From the NCBI GenBank assembly GCA_023436115.1, contig JAEZKQ010000031.1, forward strand, positions 164,740-228,739: 64,000 nt of DNA, read 5' to 3'. How positions within the stretch are numbered: position 1 is the first letter of the stretch; each line of letters opens with the position of its first letter. Positions 60,024 to 64,000 of the stretch are shown here, piece after piece. The notes beneath the pieces are model-generated. The model was not told the origin of the DNA and did not search any database. It saw only the letters and a program-made list of their open reading frames with translations. Source of the DNA: Bacillota bacterium (GTDB lineage Bacteria; Bacillota; Clostridia; Christensenellales; SZUA-584). Both the position numbers and the translations under genes were made by a program.

Positions 60024-60617
60024 ATGAAAAAAGTGCTTAATATAACGGTTATGATTCTGCTTGTGTTAGCATTGGCAGCATGTCAGAACCAGCCGGACAC
60101 CAAACCGGATGCAAATGGGACTCCTGATAATACGACAGTTGAACACACCGCAGCACCAGAAAGTTCGCAAAAGCAGGAGACCGAAACCGAAAATGCGGCT
60201 TATGAATTTGAATTTGAGGACTTAGACGGTAATGTTCATAAGCTGTCAGATTATGAAGGTAAGCCGATTTACTTAAGGGTGTGGACATCATGGTGCGGTG
60301 TCTGTACATCGTCGTTAGAAAGCTTGGATACACTGACTGCCCAATCCAAAGACTTTACTGTGCTCAGTGTGGTAATGCCGTCAATGGATGGAGAAATGAG
60401 CCGCGAAGATTTTACCAAGTGGTATAACGAATTCGGCTATGAAAATCTCGTTGTGCTGTTTGATGATGCGGGGCAGCTCGTCCGTGACTTTGGTATTAAC
60501 GCATACCCGACGCAGATTATGTTCGATGCGCAAGGACGTGTTGTATACGGCGCGATAGGGCTGATGTCTGAAGATATGATAAACGACACAATGCAAAAAA
60601 TAACAGACCAAACATAA
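60024..60617 (+). CDS. TlpA/ResA-like thioredoxin-fold lipoprotein
   Basis: Lipobox LALAAC and the active site WTSWCGVCTS. ATG 60024 lies 7 nt after AAGGAG. Confidence 0.8.
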   Translation: MKKVLNITVMILLVLALAACQNQPDTKPDANGTPDNTTVEHTAAPESSQKQETETENAAYEFEFEDLDGNVHKLSDYEGKPIYLRVWTSWCGVCTSSLESLDTLTAQSKDFTVLSVVMPSMDGEMSREDFTKWYNEFGYENLVVLFDDAGQLVRDFGINAYPTQIMFDAQGRVVYGAIGLMSEDMINDTMQKITDQT

Positions 60618-60629
60618 AGCGACATATCC

Positions 60630-60658
60630 TTGTGACGGACGGATCACAATGTTATAAT
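60630..60658 (+). promoter_or_regulatory. Sigma-A promoter upstream of mltG
   Basis: TTGTGA (60630-60635), 17 nt spacer, TATAAT (60653-60658). Confidence 0.5.
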
Positions 60659-60686
60659 AGCTTAAAAAGCAGGAGGGGGAACAGTC

Positions 60687-61652
60687 ATGAAACAGGCGGT
60701 TGTTTTTTTAATAATATGCGTAAGTTTGGTTTTTTCCGCCTGCGCTACGCCGGTATCCGCTGATACACAAGTGACTCATACACCGTTGCAAACGCAGACC
60801 ATGAGGCCGTCTCAGTCAACGGTTCCTGATTTGATTGCAACCACACCTCCAGATGAACCGACCCATCCGACAGCTGCTGACGAGCTGCAGACGGATGTCA
60901 CGAAAACGATCATTGTCAAAGAGGCGGATACATTGGAGAAGGAAATCATTCCGCGTCTTTGCAATGTATTTTCGCTTTCAGAGCAGCAGGTTAAGGATGT
61001 GCTTGCCACGGCCAAAAGTGATTTGATATCCGATAGCTTGTCGGGTTTTCGACGTATGGAGGGGATCATCATTCCCGGGAGCTATCAGATAAACGGTGAG
61101 ACACTCGAGGATTATGTCAATATATGGATAAGTCAGGCTGAGCAGCGGTATGCGGCCATATCTGCCATGAGCACCTCGACCAACGATCTGAAGCCAAACG
61201 AGCAGCTTGCACTGGCATCCATTGTCGAGTGGGAATGTATCGGCGATGAGTTTGAGCCACAGGCAGCAGCCGTTTTTTTAAACCGGATTAGCGAGGGCGA
61301 CAAGCTTAGAAGCTGTGTGACGGTTGAATATGCGCTGGGCTATCAGCGGCCATATCTCACAAGCGAAGATATCAAAGTCAAGAGCGATTATAACACATAT
61401 CAGGTACGCGGTTTACCGCCGGGCCCGATATGCGCGCTGGATGATGAAAGCCTGGCCGCAGCCATTGGTAAGCCTGTGGATGAAGACCTATACTTTTTCT
61501 TCTATGATTATGTGCAGGACACCATGTATTTCTTTAATGACTATGATTCATTCAAGCAGGCTGGTAAGGAATCGGCAGCGAAGTTTAAAGACGCATTTGA
61601 TTTTGACAAGTATGATATTGTAGAAAAACGTCAGGTATTTTGTAATAATTGA
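60687..61652 (+). CDS. mltG: Endolytic murein transglycosylase MltG (YceG-like), lipoprotein form
   Basis: Lipobox VFSAC. YceG motifs IIPGSYQI, LASIVEWE and YNTYQVRGLPPGPIC. Confidence 0.8.
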   Translation: MKQAVVFLIICVSLVFSACATPVSADTQVTHTPLQTQTMRPSQSTVPDLIATTPPDEPTHPTAADELQTDVTKTIIVKEADTLEKEIIPRLCNVFSLSEQQVKDVLATAKSDLISDSLSGFRRMEGIIIPGSYQINGETLEDYVNIWISQAEQRYAAISAMSTSTNDLKPNEQLALASIVEWECIGDEFEPQAAAVFLNRISEGDKLRSCVTVEYALGYQRPYLTSEDIKVKSDYNTYQVRGLPPGPICALDDESLAAAIGKPVDEDLYFFFYDYVQDTMYFFNDYDSFKQAGKESAAKFKDAFDFDKYDIVEKRQVFCNN

Positions 61653-61697
61653 CAAATAAAATTTTACAGTTCGTTCTTATATTCATGTGGAATTAAG

Positions 61698-61726
61698 TTG
61701 ACGCATGAAGTATTTTTTGATACGAT
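61698..61726 (+). promoter_or_regulatory. Sigma-A promoter (extended -10) upstream of purA
   Basis: TTGACG (61698-61703), 17 nt spacer, TGaTACGAT (61718-61726). Confidence 0.5.
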
Positions 61727-61740
61727 AGCGTAGGACTTAA

Positions 61741-63078
<1,338 letters not shown>

Positions 63079-63117
63079 GAAGCCGGAATAAATAACAATA
63101 ATAGAACTAATAAGTTT

Positions 63118-63385
63118 GCCGTGCCAGACGGGGAGCTAGCGGTGCCCTGAACCTGCAATCCGCTACAGCAGGGTTTGATCCCCGGTTTGAGGCACGATAT
63201 TGTAAGGTATGGAAGCGGTAAGGGGCGTTGACGAGTGGGCCCCGTGCAACGGACACCCGTGAACCCTGTCAGGCCCTGACGGGAGCAGCAGTAAGCGGAT
63301 CTGCCCGTGTGCCTCGGATCAGTCTGCTCCGAGCAACCTACCGTTATACCTCTTGTAATGTCGTGTCGATTTCCGGGTGCACGGC
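63118..63385 (+). ncRNA. ffs: Signal recognition particle RNA, long (Bacillus-type, with Alu domain)
   Basis: GCCGTGCCAGACGGGGAGCTAGCGGTGCCCTGAACCTGCAATCCGCTACAGCAGGG parallels the B. subtilis scRNA 5' domain. Domain IV reads GTCAGGCCCTGACGGGAGCAGC. The 3' end GGGTGCACGGC pairs with the 5' end and is followed by TTTT. Confidence 0.88.
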
Positions 63386-63603
63386 TTTTAATTTACTCAA
63401 AAACGCATTTTCGTTTCAAAATTAAGGACAAACTATGTCCAAAATGTATCATTTTAAAAACAGCAAGGAAAAATAAACAGCGCCGCAGAATACTAATTAA
63501 TATAAGCTGTTGTTTATGAGTACCCAAATGGAGGTAAAATAATAGTAAGCATTTATCCCAAAAAGGTTGGGATATATTAACACATAGAAAGGGGGGCAGA
63601 ATT

Positions 63604-64000
63604 ATGCGCGTCAGCATAGCGGGAAAGGGCATGGAAGTGTCCGATTATTTAAAGGATCTCGTCACAAAAAAGGTGTCCAAACTTCAGAAGTATTTTGACG
63701 AGGACACCGAGGCGCACATAACCATGTCGATTCAAAAATCGAGACATATTGTGGAGGTGACCATTCCTTTCGATGGGATCGTCCTCCGTGGCGAGGAAGC
63801 AACGGGGGATATGTACGCGTCTGTGGACGGCGTAATCAAAAAGCTGGAAAAACAGATTCACAAGCACCGTACGGCTCTTAAAAAGCGCCTGCATGAAGGG
63901 GCATTTTCCGCGGATGATTTAGACTACGCGGATGAAAAGATGCCTGTGGTTGTGAGAACCAAAAGGTTCGTCGTCAAGCCTATGGATATTGAGGAAGCGA
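63604..64000 (+). CDS. hpf: Ribosome hibernation promoting factor (long HPF); 3' end cut by the window edge
   Basis: Missing from the ORF track because there is no stop inside the window. My own translation: MRVSIAGKGMEVSDYLKDLVTKKVSKLQKYF...VEVTIPFDGIVLRGEEATGDMYASVD...LEKQIHKHR. GGGGGG SD. Confidence 0.88.
   Translation, partial: MRVSIAGKGMEVSDYLKDLVTKKVSKLQKYFDEDTEAHITMSIQKSRHIVEVTIPFDGIVLRGEEATGDMYASVDGVIKKLEKQIHKHRTALKKRLHEGAFSADDLDYADEKMPVVVRTKRFVVKPMDIEEA

Noticed and set aside
63228-63632. Three ORFs of 65-79 aa (63228..63425, 63307..63519, 63393..63632)
   Set aside because: They overlap the SRP RNA gene and its AT-rich flank. The region is explained by ffs.
63649-63894. 81-aa minus-strand ORF
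   Set aside because: It is antisense to the hpf coding frame, which has clear HPF motifs and an SD.

Overview
The window reads as the chromosomal origin neighbourhood of a spore-forming Firmicute. The class assignment (Clostridia-like) is an inference from gene content: spoIIR, sleB-ypeB, an Enterococcus-type ntp V-ATPase operon, fhs, and glnS plus gltX.

About 60 protein genes are mostly housekeeping:
- Translation: leuS, glnS, gltX, cca, hpf.
- Nucleotide metabolism: pyrG, purA, upp, pdp.
- Isoprenoid, lipid and cell wall: ispDF, pgsA, dapF, mltG.
- The nine-gene V-ATPase operon ntpFIKECGABD (11893-20472).
- Replication and segregation: dnaA-dnaN (49365-52089), parA-parB (54619-56249) and a displaced recF (5198-6280, minus strand).

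Non-coding elements I can read directly:
- A preQ1-I riboswitch before queT.
- A guanidine-I (ykkC) riboswitch before gdx.
- A long-form SRP RNA at 63118-63385. The ORF track places three spurious ORFs over it.
- Two tandem parS sites right after parB.
- DnaA-box clusters on both sides of dnaA. The dnaA-dnaN spacer carries a Bacillus-like module of two boxes, DnaA-trios and an AT-rich tract.
- A third, orphan DnaA-box cluster 3.3 kb upstream of dnaA.
- Several intrinsic terminators and near-consensus sigma-A promoters.
- hpf (63604 to the window end) is a real gene that the ORF track misses.

I found no rRNA, tRNA, CRISPR array, transposase, integrase or recognisable defence system.

The observations most worth follow-up are:
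- The tripartite, rearranged origin region.
- The low-GC block that embeds it (about 48.4-60 kb).
- The tandem parS pair.
- A membrane-anchored MerR / YbjQ / CPBP-protease operon with a palindromic operator.
- Two genes (queT, gltX) whose Shine-Dalgarno sequence is separated from the start codon by a stable hairpin.
- A low-GC orphan gene pair at 37.3-39.0 kb.

All functional calls come from motif recognition by eye. No database search was possible.
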